A DNA stretch of 25,765 bases from Myxococcota bacterium (GCA_040752415.1 JBFMGU010000154.1:1-25765), one strand, 5' to 3'; positions 1-8,677 are shown, numbered from the stretch's first letter. A program made the numbers and translations. Notes: a model not told the origin generated them from the letters alone.

Positions 1-340
1 GAGGCGGCGCGGGAGGCGGCGGAAGCGGAGGCAGCGTAGGTGGGGGTGGAGGTGGCGGTGGAGGCGGTCGCAGGCTCTGGCAGATTACCGGGAGGGGACG
101 GACCGCGTAATGCGCCATTCCCGGTTCGGGAAGTTCTATCGCCACAAATCGTCGACGCTTTGGTGGTCAAAAGACAACGCTGGGCACGGCAAAAGCGTTT
201 GGAAGGTCTTTGAGCAGAGGGGAGACGGATTGCATTGGATTGCAGACGCCGATCAGTTCGGTGACTTCATCAAGCACAAGCACAAGGGGCCAACTGGATT
301 GTATATTCCGTGGTCGGACTTGGACGCGAGCGGGTTCTAG
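1..340 (+). CDS. C-terminal tip of a polymorphic (RHS-like) toxin, partial, with apparent 1-nt frameshift near 88-90
   Basis: Frame 3 from the window start reads a Gly linker GGAGGGGSGGSVGGGGGGGGGGRRLWQIT. Frame 2 continues REGTDRVMRHSRFGKFYRHKSSTLWWSKDNAGHGKSVWKVF...KHKGPTGLYIPWSDL* (stop 338-340). The DxxGHxxxxWK pattern resembles Ntox21/colicin E3-like RNase tips. An immunity-like gene starts 4 nt downstream. Confidence 0.6.
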   Translation, partial: RRRGRRRKRRQRRWGWRWRWRRSQALADYREGTDRVMRHSRFGKFYRHKSSTLWWSKDNAGHGKSVWKVFEQRGDGLHWIADADQFGDFIKHKHKGPTGLYIPWSDLDASGF

Positions 341-344
341 AGAG

Positions 345-734
345 ATGATTGAGAGCGCATCAGAATTCAAGCGACTTAGGGAAAGCGAAAGTCCAAATGA
401 TTACAGGCGGACCGTTGTTGAGTCGGCACCAGAAGAGGTTTGGCTCGAGTTGCTATTGGAGCCTGAGTGGCGATTTTGGGTGGCTTGTAATCGGACGGTT
501 CCAGACAAGGTTCTCGAGCTGCTTGCGAAGGACGGCGATAGCAGGGTGCGGGGACAGGTCGCGAGGACGCGCCGAACTCCGCCCGGCATTCTCGCAATGC
601 TGGCGAAAGATGCCGACGAAGGGGTGCGTCTCGCGGTCGCCGTGAATGCGAGGACGCCACGCGATATTCTGGAGTCTCTCCAAGATGATGCCTGGGAGAG
701 CATTCGTGAGGCGGTAAACGAGCGCCTGAGATGA
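345..734 (+). CDS. HEAT/LRV-repeat protein, putative immunity protein
   Basis: ATG at 345, 129 aa. Repeated units such as VLELLAKDGDSRVRGQVA, ILAMLAKDADEGVRLAVA and ILESLQDDAWESIREAV. Lies directly behind the toxin tip. Confidence 0.75.
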   Translation: MIESASEFKRLRESESPNDYRRTVVESAPEEVWLELLLEPEWRFWVACNRTVPDKVLELLAKDGDSRVRGQVARTRRTPPGILAMLAKDADEGVRLAVAVNARTPRDILESLQDDAWESIREAVNERLR

Positions 735-1035
735 TGCGGACAGAATCAGAACCATTCTGGTCTTCTGGTCTCCAGAGGTGGTGTGTCAATGAGTATCCCT
801 TCCGCTCCCTTTGGGCGACGGATGGGATGGCTCGTCCGCGGTGCTTGACTCCTCTGCGCGTCTCCGTGCTCGGCTCCGGCCGCACCTCACCGCTCGACGT
901 GGGAACGCACTTCGGTGCGGCCTTTGCCCCTTTGCCCCTGCGCGGGGAGCTGGGCTCGCTCTGGGATTCCCACGTGCGCCGGGCCGGCCGCTTCCGCTAC
1001 GGGGCCTTGCCCGCTCACGCCCAGCGCAAAGCCCT

Positions 1036-1156
1036 ACAGAATCAGATCTTATCAGACATGGCCGGTCCGTCACGTGGCATGCATCTCAATTTGACGTCGT
1101 CACGCACTGGCATGCCCCGCGCCGGCCCGGCCACATCTGATAAGACTGGATTCTGT
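1036..1156. repeat. 121-bp imperfect inverted repeat with two inverted TCTGATAA-N7-TTCTGT motifs
   Basis: Paired segments: ACAGAATC (1036-1043)/GATTCTGT (1149-1156), TCTTATCAGA (1047-1056)/TCTGATAAGA (1136-1145), TGGCCGG/CCGGCCA and GGCATGC/GCATGCC. A partial third copy, ACAGAATCAGA, lies at 740-750. Confidence 0.8.
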
Positions 1157-1647
1157 GCGTGCCGCGCAAAGGCACATTGATGCAGCCGGTGAGAGTCCGG
1201 CCGAAGGAGGTGTCGGTGCACCTTTGTAGCTACCTGAGTGATGGGAAGGGCGACCAACCTGTCGGAGCCTCGGGGACAAACTTGCCTTTTGTGCAGGGAG
1301 CAAGTGTGCGGGCCGTAACGCGAGTGAAGCCTGAGCAGGCCTCGAAATGCTTGATGCGAGCGCTGAGCCGCCACATAATCGGCGAAGGCCGCTGGGGCGG
1401 GTTGGATGAACCGACAAGAGAAGACCCGTCCGCTCGCCGGGGTATTGGGCACAGCACGCACGCAAGCAGCAGCGTGAAACGCGGGAGACCTGATGCAGCC
1501 CATGGCGCTGGTGGCCTGGAAACCGCCCTTGGGGTGGCGCTGCAACAGGAGTCGGAGGGGCTCATAGTAGCGAGGAAGCGCCGTAACGGGTGTGGAGCCA
1601 AGGAGCCCTGGTTCAGGGTGCGTCTCGACAAGCAGAAGGGGAGGGAC
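1155..1647 (+). ncRNA. Group II intron, 5' fragment (domains I-III and start of IV); no RT ORF or domains V/VI
   Basis: Starts with GTGCG at 1155 and has GCCGGTGAGAGTCCGGC in domain I. GAGTCGGAGGGGCTCATAGTAGCG...GTAAC...GGAGCCAAGGAGCCC (about 1549-1608) is typical of the DII/DIII region, with a GGGCTC/GAGCCC closing stem. Confidence 0.75.
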
Positions 1648-1849
1648 GGGTAGGAAGAGCAAAAGGGTGTGAGAATCCGGCACACTCCCTTGTGCCCCTT
1701 CTGGAGGGTGTTGGCGGGCGGCTCCGCTGGACACACGAGGGCAGTGGTGGAGGAGGAGCGGCGCACACGGCGGTTGAGCTTCGGCGTCGCGTTGCCGTTG
1801 CGCACGGGCATGCCCGGGCAGCGTGCTGGCTACCTGGTCCACGCGCGGT

Positions 1850-2215
1850 TCACGCTGCAAGCTCGGGTGGTCCACGCGCGCGTTCATGCACGGTGGTCTC
1901 GCCGGTGTGGCCGAGGTAGCGGCGGATCTGCTCCTCGTCTTCGATGACGGTGAGGGCGCGCATGGTGGCGTCACAGCGTGGGCACCTCAACGCGTCGATG
2001 CCCCAAACACGCCTCAGCAACTCGGCCCAGGGCAGCGTGTTAGGCGGGGCCTCTCCGCTCGCGCGTTCCCTGCGCCAGCGCAGCGCGTCCGCACGCCCCG
2101 AGCGCGTCGAGCTGCTCCTGCACGTTGCCATCATTCTGCTTGAAGAGGCCGCGCCGCTGGCACCAACGCACCAGCCGCCGGTGGATCTGCGCCGCCAGCG
2201 TGTCCACCTCCGGAC
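1850..2215 (-). pseudogene. IS91-family (Y2) transposase, internally deleted fragments
   Basis: C-terminal signature LPWAELLRRVWGIDALRCPRCDATMRALTVIEDEEQIRRYLGH...ARGPP. A mid-protein piece EVDTLAAQIHRRLVRWCQRRGL...ALGACGRAALAQG is in another frame. No HUH or catalytic Tyr region is visible. Confidence 0.75.
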
Positions 2216-2221
2216 TCCTGT

Positions 2222-2345
2222 GCTGCGCGGTGAGCAGGTCGTCGGTGAGCGTGGGCGGATTGGTTCCCAGCGAGGAGCGCGCCGTCGAGAACACCAACTC
2301 CACGTCCCGCCAATCCTCCCGGGAGTCCTGCCAGACCGCGGCGAA
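2222..2345 (-). pseudogene. Short fragment of a MuiA/DUF4139-family gene
   Basis: AAVWQDSREDWRDVELVFSTARSSLGTNPPTLTDDLL resembles the AxVxQx(T/S)GEDWxxVxLxxSTAxP motif of DUF4139 proteins. Confidence 0.55.
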
Positions 2346-2350
2346 CGAGT

Positions 2351-2851
2351 GACGACGACCGCGCACCCTTCGCGGAGATGAACGCGGCCCCCCTGGTGAG
2401 GGAGCACTTCCCTGCGACGCTGTCCCACGCGGAGAGCGACGCGATGGTGGACCGCATCAGCGCGATGTTCGCGCAGCGCGGCTTTGGATTGTGGGCGGTG
2501 CAGGTCAAGGGCGGTGCGTCATTCGTCGGGTTCGTGGGGCTGCTGGTTCCCACGTTTGAAGCGCATTTCACGCCGTGCGTGGAGGTGGGTTGGCGACTCG
2601 CCCGGGCGCACCAGGGTCTCGGCTATGCCATCGAGGCAGCACGCGCCGCGGTCCGCTTCGGCTTTCCAGGTGCTGGGGTTGGAGGAGATCGTGTCCATGA
2701 CGGTGCCGCGCAACGTGAAGTCGCGTCACGTGATGGAGAAGCTGGGCATGACCCGGCGCGAGGCGGATGACTTCGACCATCCCCGCCTTCCCGAGGGGTA
2801 TCTCTCCGTCGTCACGTGCTCTACCGGCTGCGCCGTCAGGGAAGCGTGTAG
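2351..2851 (+). pseudogene. RimJ/RimL-type GNAT acetyltransferase, 5'-truncated, two frameshifts
   Basis: DDDRAPFAEMNAAPLVREHFP...GFGLWAV...VEVGWRLARAHQGLGYAIEAARAA. It shifts frame at about 2665 to LGLEEIVSMTVPRNVKSRHVMEKLGM...FDHPRLPEG, then at about 2802 to LRRHVLYRL...* (TAG 2849-2851). The N-terminus is missing. Confidence 0.8.
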
Positions 2852-3696
2852 CTCCCGCGCGCCACTTCCACGACAAATCCCCCCACGTAAACGTCCGTGA
2901 CGACGTCTCCGCTCAGCGTGGCGCGCACGTGGATGCGGCTCGGACGACGCATTTCCAGGCCCTGGTCGATCATCACGCGCTGCCCTGAGGGAGCCACGTC
3001 GTGCCGCACCATCCACGCCGCGGTGCAGCCGGCCGCCGAGCCGGTGGCGGGGTCTTCACCGTTGTAGAAGATCTGCCGCGCCTGCAGGTGCGCGTCGGCG
3101 TTCACCGTCTCCCGCGTGACGAAGTAGAAGAACCGCGCATCCGTCTTCTCCAGGTACGCGCGTGCGCTCGCCCAGCTGAGCCGCAACCCCTGCAGCGCCG
3201 CCAGCGACGTCAACGGCACCACGCACATGGGCAAGCCGGTGGAAACCGTCTGGATCGGCACGTCGGTGCGGAGGTGCGGCAGGGGAATGCCGGTGACGCG
3301 GGAGATCTCCGTGACGTCGTGGATGGTGCCAAAGACGGGATCACGCTGGCGCATCTCGCCGTAGGTCCCCTCGCTGCGCGACTCGAAGCGCACCGGGATG
3401 CGACCCACCTGCAACTCCAGCGCCACCTCCGTGCGCTCGCCACGCAGCACGAACGCGGTGCCCAGCGTGGGATGACCCGCGAACGGCAGCTCCTCCTCGA
3501 CGGTGAAGATGCGCACGCGCGTGGTCTCGCCCACCGGCGGAATGATGAACGTGGTCTCCGAGAGGTTCGTCTCGCGCGCCAGCGCCTGCATCTCCTCCGT
3601 GGAGAGCGTCGAGCCGTCCAGGAACACCGCAAGCTGGTTGCCAGTGAGAGGCCGCGGGGTGAAGACGTCCAGGAGCACGTAGGGAATGGTTCGCAT
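2836..3696 (-). CDS. phzF: PhzF-family epimerase/isomerase
   Basis: Motifs DVFT..GNQLAV, NLSETTF, ELPFAGHPTLG and EDPATGSAAG. ATG at 3696 chosen (MRTIPYVLLDVF). Confidence 0.92.
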   Translation of the reverse strand: MRTIPYVLLDVFTPRPLTGNQLAVFLDGSTLSTEEMQALARETNLSETTFIIPPVGETTRVRIFTVEEELPFAGHPTLGTAFVLRGERTEVALELQVGRIPVRFESRSEGTYGEMRQRDPVFGTIHDVTEISRVTGIPLPHLRTDVPIQTVSTGLPMCVVPLTSLAALQGLRLSWASARAYLEKTDARFFYFVTRETVNADAHLQARQIFYNGEDPATGSAAGCTAAWMVRHDVAPSGQRVMIDQGLEMRRPSRIHVRATLSGDVVTDVYVGGFVVEVARGSYTLP

Positions 3697-3834
3697 GGTG
3701 ATGCTGTAATGGCCGGACCGTTGGGTTGTCGACGGAAGCGGCGTTCTGGCGCACGGACGCAACCTGTTGGCGCGGAAATGCAAGCGACCCTGCTGCGCTC
3801 TTCCTAGGGTGCCGGCCCTCTCCAAGGAGGCGAC

Positions 3835-4689
3835 ATGACCACCCGGTTCTCCCAGGCACAGGACATCTCATCCTTCCGACAGATCGCCGCGGCCATGTGG
3901 GGGCGGCCCAACGATCCCACCATCTACGGATCCATGGACGTCGACGTCACAAGGACCCTGGCGTTCATTCAGCGATTCCGTCGCCAGACGGGCGTGCAGC
4001 TCAGCATCACCCACGTGGTGACGCACGCCGTGGCCCAGGCCTTTGCGCGTCATCCCGAGCTCAACGCCAAGGTGCGGTTCTGGGGGCGGGTGGAGCGACG
4101 GGAGAGTGTGGATGTCTTCGTCTCGGTGGCCTCGGAGGGAGGCAAGGACCTCTCCGGCGCGCGCATCGACGGGGCGGATCAGCTTTCCCTGAAGGACCTC
4201 GCCACGTTGGTGCAGGATGGTGCAGCGGGCATTCGCAGCGGTGCGGACAAGACGTATGCGCGCAGTCGCGGGATGTTCCGTCGGATGCCGTGGTGGCTGG
4301 CCCGCCCCGTCCTTCAGCTCACCGACGTGCTGACCAACGAGCTGCACGTGCACCTCCCGTCGCAGGGAATGCCGCGCGACCCGTTCGGGACGGCGGTCAT
4401 CACCAACGTCGGAACCTTCGGCATCGACACCGCGTTTGCGCCATTCATCCCGTTGGCGCGCAGTCCCATGCTGCTGCTCATCACCGAGATTCGCGACCGG
4501 CCCTGGGTTGTCGACGGAAAGCTGGAGGTCCGGCCGGTGCTGCGTCTGTGCGGCACGTTTGATCACCGCATCATCGACGGGTACGGCGCGGGCTTGTTGG
4601 CGCGGGAGATCCGCACGCTCGTCGAGGATCCCGACCCCGTCCCCGCCATGCGTCCGGTGAGCATGCCCAGCGCGGAGGTGCGTCAATGA
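3835..4689 (+). CDS. Stand-alone 2-oxoacid dehydrogenase E2-like acyltransferase catalytic domain
   Basis: HPELNA, ITNVGTFG and catalytic FDHRIIDG motifs. AGGAGG RBS. No lipoyl domain. Confidence 0.88.
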   Translation: MTTRFSQAQDISSFRQIAAAMWGRPNDPTIYGSMDVDVTRTLAFIQRFRRQTGVQLSITHVVTHAVAQAFARHPELNAKVRFWGRVERRESVDVFVSVASEGGKDLSGARIDGADQLSLKDLATLVQDGAAGIRSGADKTYARSRGMFRRMPWWLARPVLQLTDVLTNELHVHLPSQGMPRDPFGTAVITNVGTFGIDTAFAPFIPLARSPMLLLITEIRDRPWVVDGKLEVRPVLRLCGTFDHRIIDGYGAGLLAREIRTLVEDPDPVPAMRPVSMPSAEVRQ

Positions 4690-5906
4690 CCACGTTCGAC
4701 TGCTTCATCGCGCTGGATGGCAATGGCCTCAACGGTTTCGAGGGGTTTGGCGGCGTGGCGCAACTGCGCTGCGACCCCGACGCGGACCGCTACGACATCA
4801 ACGTGCGCTTCTTTGACGGCTTCTCCGGCGGCCACGCCACGCAGATCAACAAGCAGGGCACGTTGGGCTTCCTGGGGAATCTCTCCCAGACGCTGCTCTT
4901 CTATGACCCGCGCACGTTGCGGGAGGTCCGCCGTTTCTCGACGCTGCGGTTCCACTCCCCGGACGTCTTCTACAGCAGCCAGACCCACGTGGTGTGGATG
5001 AGCGAGCGCACGTTCATCACGGTGCTGGGACCGGATTTCTACCTCTTTGACCTCGACAACCTGGAACACCCGCAAAGGCTTGGTGCGCACGGCGTGACGT
5101 TGCCCCACGCGCTGAAGCGTTCTCCGTCGGGGCGGTACCTCTTCTACGGCGCCATGGACCACGACCGGCACGGCTACGCCAACCAGGCGGGCATCTTTGA
5201 CCTGGAGAAGCGGACCGCGCGCGTGGTGTCACTGCCGGCCACCGTCTGGCACCTCGGCGTGCATCCAACGCGCGACGTCTTCTACGCGCCCACGCAGCGC
5301 TGCACGCCGCAGAATGGCCAGGAGTTCGTGGAGTACACCATTGCGCACTTCAAGAACTACCTGTTTGAGATCGACGGTGAGACGGCCACGGTGACGCGCC
5401 ATCTCTCCATTCCCAAGGACCTGCCCGGCGCGCTCACTTCCGACGTGGTGGTGACCAACGAGCACATTCTCTACAACGCCTGCGCCAGCGGCGTGGTGAT
5501 CCGCGTGGACCTGGAGACGTTCAGCCGGCTGGAGTTCCTGGATGAGCGCCCCGGCCTCGTCGACACCGTGCGGCACTGGCGCACCGGCTGGTCCAACGTC
5601 GTGGAGAGCTTCAGTCGCGCGAATGTGCCGGGGAACACGCACGTGCTCATCAAGGCGCTGCGCGCCACGCGCTGGAGCGCGCTGGACGGCAGTTATGGCC
5701 TGCAGCTCAGCCCGGACGGACGGCACCTGCTCTCGGCGCATCGCGGGCTCAACGAGGTGCGGGTGTATCGGTACCCGGATTTGACGCTGGTGCGTCGCAT
5801 TCCCTTCCCGTCCATCCAGGAGTTCTTCCCCCGCCACTTCGGGCTGCTGGATGACCCGCGACTGGGGTTCCATCACAGCGCGCTTTCCGTCGCCACGGTG
5901 GCGTGA
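4686..5906 (+). CDS. Beta-propeller protein of unknown function (YncE/YVTN-like)
   Basis: 406 aa, ATGA overlap with the upstream stop. Blade-like segments PHALKRSPSGRYLFY and YGLQLSPDGRHLLSAHRGLNEVRVY. Confidence 0.75.
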   Translation: MTTFDCFIALDGNGLNGFEGFGGVAQLRCDPDADRYDINVRFFDGFSGGHATQINKQGTLGFLGNLSQTLLFYDPRTLREVRRFSTLRFHSPDVFYSSQTHVVWMSERTFITVLGPDFYLFDLDNLEHPQRLGAHGVTLPHALKRSPSGRYLFYGAMDHDRHGYANQAGIFDLEKRTARVVSLPATVWHLGVHPTRDVFYAPTQRCTPQNGQEFVEYTIAHFKNYLFEIDGETATVTRHLSIPKDLPGALTSDVVVTNEHILYNACASGVVIRVDLETFSRLEFLDERPGLVDTVRHWRTGWSNVVESFSRANVPGNTHVLIKALRATRWSALDGSYGLQLSPDGRHLLSAHRGLNEVRVYRYPDLTLVRRIPFPSIQEFFPRHFGLLDDPRLGFHHSALSVATVA

Positions 5907-6719
5907 TCAGCCCTTCCCCGTCCGACGGGAGCGCCACACGCTCGGCGCCTCTCCCACCGCACGACGGAACACCGCGCTGAAGTGCTGCAGCGAGCCAAAG
6001 CCCACGTCGAGACAGATGTTGGTGAGCGGCGCGTCGCTGTCCAGCATGCGGCGTTGCGCTTCCCGGATGCGCACGTCGGTGAGCTCCTGGTTGAACGTGG
6101 TGCCCGCCGTCTGCAGACGACGTTGCAGCGTCCGCTCGGAAACACCCAGGTCCACCGCGGCGCGCTCCACCGCCGCGTCGACGAGGCGCGCCACCATCCA
6201 CGCGCGCAGCTGCCCCACCAGCGGGTCCACGCCGCTCAGCTCCGACTGCAGCGCAGACAGCTCCCGCGCCAGGGCCGCGGCATCACGCTCGCCCAGCCAG
6301 GTGAGACCCCGTTCCGCGTTGTCGACGACGTTGACGGGGTAGGGCGCATCCAGCACGTGGAAGAAACCCGCCACCAGCGCACCTTCCATCCCGTTGGGAC
6401 GGACCAGCGCCAGACGGGTGACGGCCTTGCTGAGCGGCGCGCGGTGCGTATGCACGTAGTCGCTCAAGGCAGAGAACGCGCCGGCGTCGACGCCTTCCAG
6501 CCGACTCGCATCCACCAGGGACCGGTGCGGCGCCACGCGGGGATCCAGCTCGACGAGCAGCGTGCGCACCAGGGACCGCATGTCCTCCTCCGACGGGCGG
6601 GACCACAGCACCACCCCGAAGAGCTCCGCGTGCGCGCAGAAGTGCAGCCACGAGGGACCGGCCAGGTAACGGCCCCGCGGCTCACGCCGGAAGTCATCAA
6701 GCGATGCGGCCCGCTGCAT
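5907..6719 (-). CDS. AraC-family transcriptional regulator
   Basis: C-terminal double HTH: LGVSERTLQRRL...ICLDVGFGSLQHFSAVFRRAVGEAPSVWR. Confidence 0.92.
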   Translation of the reverse strand: MQRAASLDDFRREPRGRYLAGPSWLHFCAHAELFGVVLWSRPSEEDMRSLVRTLLVELDPRVAPHRSLVDASRLEGVDAGAFSALSDYVHTHRAPLSKAVTRLALVRPNGMEGALVAGFFHVLDAPYPVNVVDNAERGLTWLGERDAAALARELSALQSELSGVDPLVGQLRAWMVARLVDAAVERAAVDLGVSERTLQRRLQTAGTTFNQELTDVRIREAQRRMLDSDAPLTNICLDVGFGSLQHFSAVFRRAVGEAPSVWRSRRTGKG

Positions 6720-6842
6720 GAGGTCATCCTAGCCGGTGATGCAGGTGCCAACCCATGCTAGATGGTGGCGCACATGAAGACGACGCTCGCGCGTGGGAAT
6801 GGCGACGGAAACCTGCGCGCGACGCATGAGAGGGGAAACACC

Positions 6843-7916
6843 ATGATGCGCCGGACGGTCACGTTCCTGTGGGTGACGATGTCGTTGCTGGGCGGGTGCA
6901 AGCAGGAGGGTGCGGAGAAGGCGGCCACGCCACGCATTGCCATCCTGCTGCCCGAGACCAAGACCGCGCGCTACGAGAGCCAGGACCTCCCCATCTTCAA
7001 GAGCCGTCTCCAGGCGCTGGGCTACGACGTCACCACGCTCATCTACGCCAACGCCAACCAGGACGCCGCGGCGCAACGACAGCAGGCGGAGGCCGCGCTC
7101 ACCAACGGCGCCAAGGTGCTGGTGCTGGACCCGGTGGACTCCGATGCGGCGTCGTCGGTGGCGGAGCTGGCGCGTTCCCGTGGGGTTCCCGTCATCGCGT
7201 ATGACCGCCTCATCAACGGCACCGACGCCGTCACCGCGTACATCTCGTTCGACAACGAGCAGGTGGGGCGGCTGCAAGGCCAGAGTCTCCTCGAGGCGCT
7301 GGCGGGCAAGGCCAATCCCACCGTGGTCATGATCAACGGCTCGCCCACGGACAACAACGCCACGCTCTTCAAGCGCGGAGCGCACAGCGTGCTGGATGGC
7401 AAGGTCAACGTCGCCAAGGAGTACGACACGCCGGATTGGAGCCCGGACAAGGCGCAGGACCAGATGCAGCAGGCCCTCACCGCGCTGAACAACGTGGTCG
7501 ACGGTGTCTACGCCGCCAACGACGGAACCGCGGGCGGCGCGATTGCGGCGATGAAGGCCGCGGGCCTCAAGACCCTTCCCCCGGTCACCGGCCAGGACGC
7601 CGAGCTCGCGGCGATTCAGCGTGTTCTCGTCGGGGAACAGCACATGACCGTGTACAAGGCGATCCGCCAGGAAGCGGAGGCCGCGGCGGAGATGGCCTAC
7701 ACGTTGGCGCAGGGGAAACCGCTCCCGGCCACCATGACTCCGAACAAGGTGAACAACGGGAAGGCGGAGATTCCGTCCCGGTTGCTCACGCCGGTCGTCG
7801 TCACCAAGGCCAACGTGAAGGACACGGTGGTGAAGGACGGTTTCTGGAAGGCCGCGGAGACCTGCACCGGGACCTACGCCGCGGCGTGTGCGCAGGCGGG
7901 AATCACTGCTCCGTGA
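6843..7916 (+). CDS. Sugar ABC transporter substrate-binding lipoprotein (XylF/ChvE-like)
   Basis: Lipobox LLGGC. Motifs VIAYDRLI, SFDNEQVG, GSPTDNNA, AANDGTAGG, VTGQDAE and MTVYK. GAGGGG RBS. Confidence 0.92.
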   Translation: MMRRTVTFLWVTMSLLGGCKQEGAEKAATPRIAILLPETKTARYESQDLPIFKSRLQALGYDVTTLIYANANQDAAAQRQQAEAALTNGAKVLVLDPVDSDAASSVAELARSRGVPVIAYDRLINGTDAVTAYISFDNEQVGRLQGQSLLEALAGKANPTVVMINGSPTDNNATLFKRGAHSVLDGKVNVAKEYDTPDWSPDKAQDQMQQALTALNNVVDGVYAANDGTAGGAIAAMKAAGLKTLPPVTGQDAELAAIQRVLVGEQHMTVYKAIRQEAEAAAEMAYTLAQGKPLPATMTPNKVNNGKAEIPSRLLTPVVVTKANVKDTVVKDGFWKAAETCTGTYAAACAQAGITAP

Positions 7917-8677
7917 GCAACACCGGCACCCCCCTGCTGGAGCTGCGCGGCGCGGGGAAGCGTTTTGGGGCCATCCAGGCGCTCTCCGGCGTGGACCTCG
8001 TGGTGCGCTCCGGCGAGGTGCTGGCGCTGGTGGGCGACAACGGTGCGGGGAAGAGCACGCTCATCAAGTGCATGGCCGGCAGCCATCCGCTCGACGAGGG
8101 ACTGCTCCTGGTGCAGGGCGAGCCGGTGCACCTGCGCGCTCCGCCCGACGCCACGCGGCTTGGCATCGAGACGGTGTACCAGGATCTCGCGCTGTGTGAC
8201 GCGCTCGACGTCGTGGCCAACCTGTTTCTCGGTCGTGAGCTGCTGGTGCCGGGTGCGGGACGACCGCTGCGCATGTTGGATGAGGTGGTGATGGAGCAGA
8301 AGGCGCGGGAGGTGCTCGCCGAGCTCGCCGTCACCATCCCGGACCTCCGCGCGCCGGTGGCCTCGCTGTCCGGCGGTCAACGCCAGTGCATTGCCGTGGC
8401 GCGCGCGGTGATGTGGAACTCCCGCCTGGTGATCCTCGACGAGCCCACCGCGGCACTGGGGGTGGCGCAGGCGGGTCAGGTGTTGGACCTGGTGCGTCGA
8501 CTTCGCGCGCGGGGACTGGCGGTCCTCATCATCTCCCACAACCTCGCCGACGTGTTCGCGGTGGCGGATCGCATCGTGGTGCTGCGGCTGGGCCGCAAGG
8601 TTGCCGACGTGGATGCACGCGCGGTGAGCCGCGAGGACGTGGTGGCGGCCATCACCGGCGCGGCGGAGCGGGCATGA
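7913..8677 (+). CDS. Sugar ABC transporter ATP-binding protein (single ATPase domain)
   Basis: GTG start overlapping the upstream stop. Walker A GDNGAGKST, signature LSGGQRQ, Walker B ILDEPT, H-loop ISHN. Confidence 0.93.
   Translation: MSNTGTPLLELRGAGKRFGAIQALSGVDLVVRSGEVLALVGDNGAGKSTLIKCMAGSHPLDEGLLLVQGEPVHLRAPPDATRLGIETVYQDLALCDALDVVANLFLGRELLVPGAGRPLRMLDEVVMEQKAREVLAELAVTIPDLRAPVASLSGGQRQCIAVARAVMWNSRLVILDEPTAALGVAQAGQVLDLVRRLRARGLAVLIISHNLADVFAVADRIVVLRLGRKVADVDARAVSREDVVAAITGAAERA

Larger units (their letters stand above)
1648..2346 (-). mobile_element. Non-autonomous IS91/ISCR-like rolling-circle element remnant
   Basis: The minus strand ends CTTTTGCTCTTCCTACCC (1665-1648) followed by GTCC, resembling the oriIS end (TTCCTA(T/C)(A/C)C) plus a GTTC-like target. 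Transposase fragments lie inside. The far boundary is approximate (GTTC at 2346-2343 on the minus strand). Confidence 0.6.

Noticed and set aside
731..1974. ORFs 731-1180, 1042-1974, 1159-1653 and 1230-1811
   Set aside because: No recognisable protein motifs and no RT motifs. They overlap structured non-coding elements (hairpin, intron, IS end).
3722..4519. 16-bp exact repeat TGGGTTGTCGACGGAA at 3722-3737 and 4504-4519
   Set aside because: Only two copies, one inside a coding region, with no associated structure. Chance cannot be excluded.
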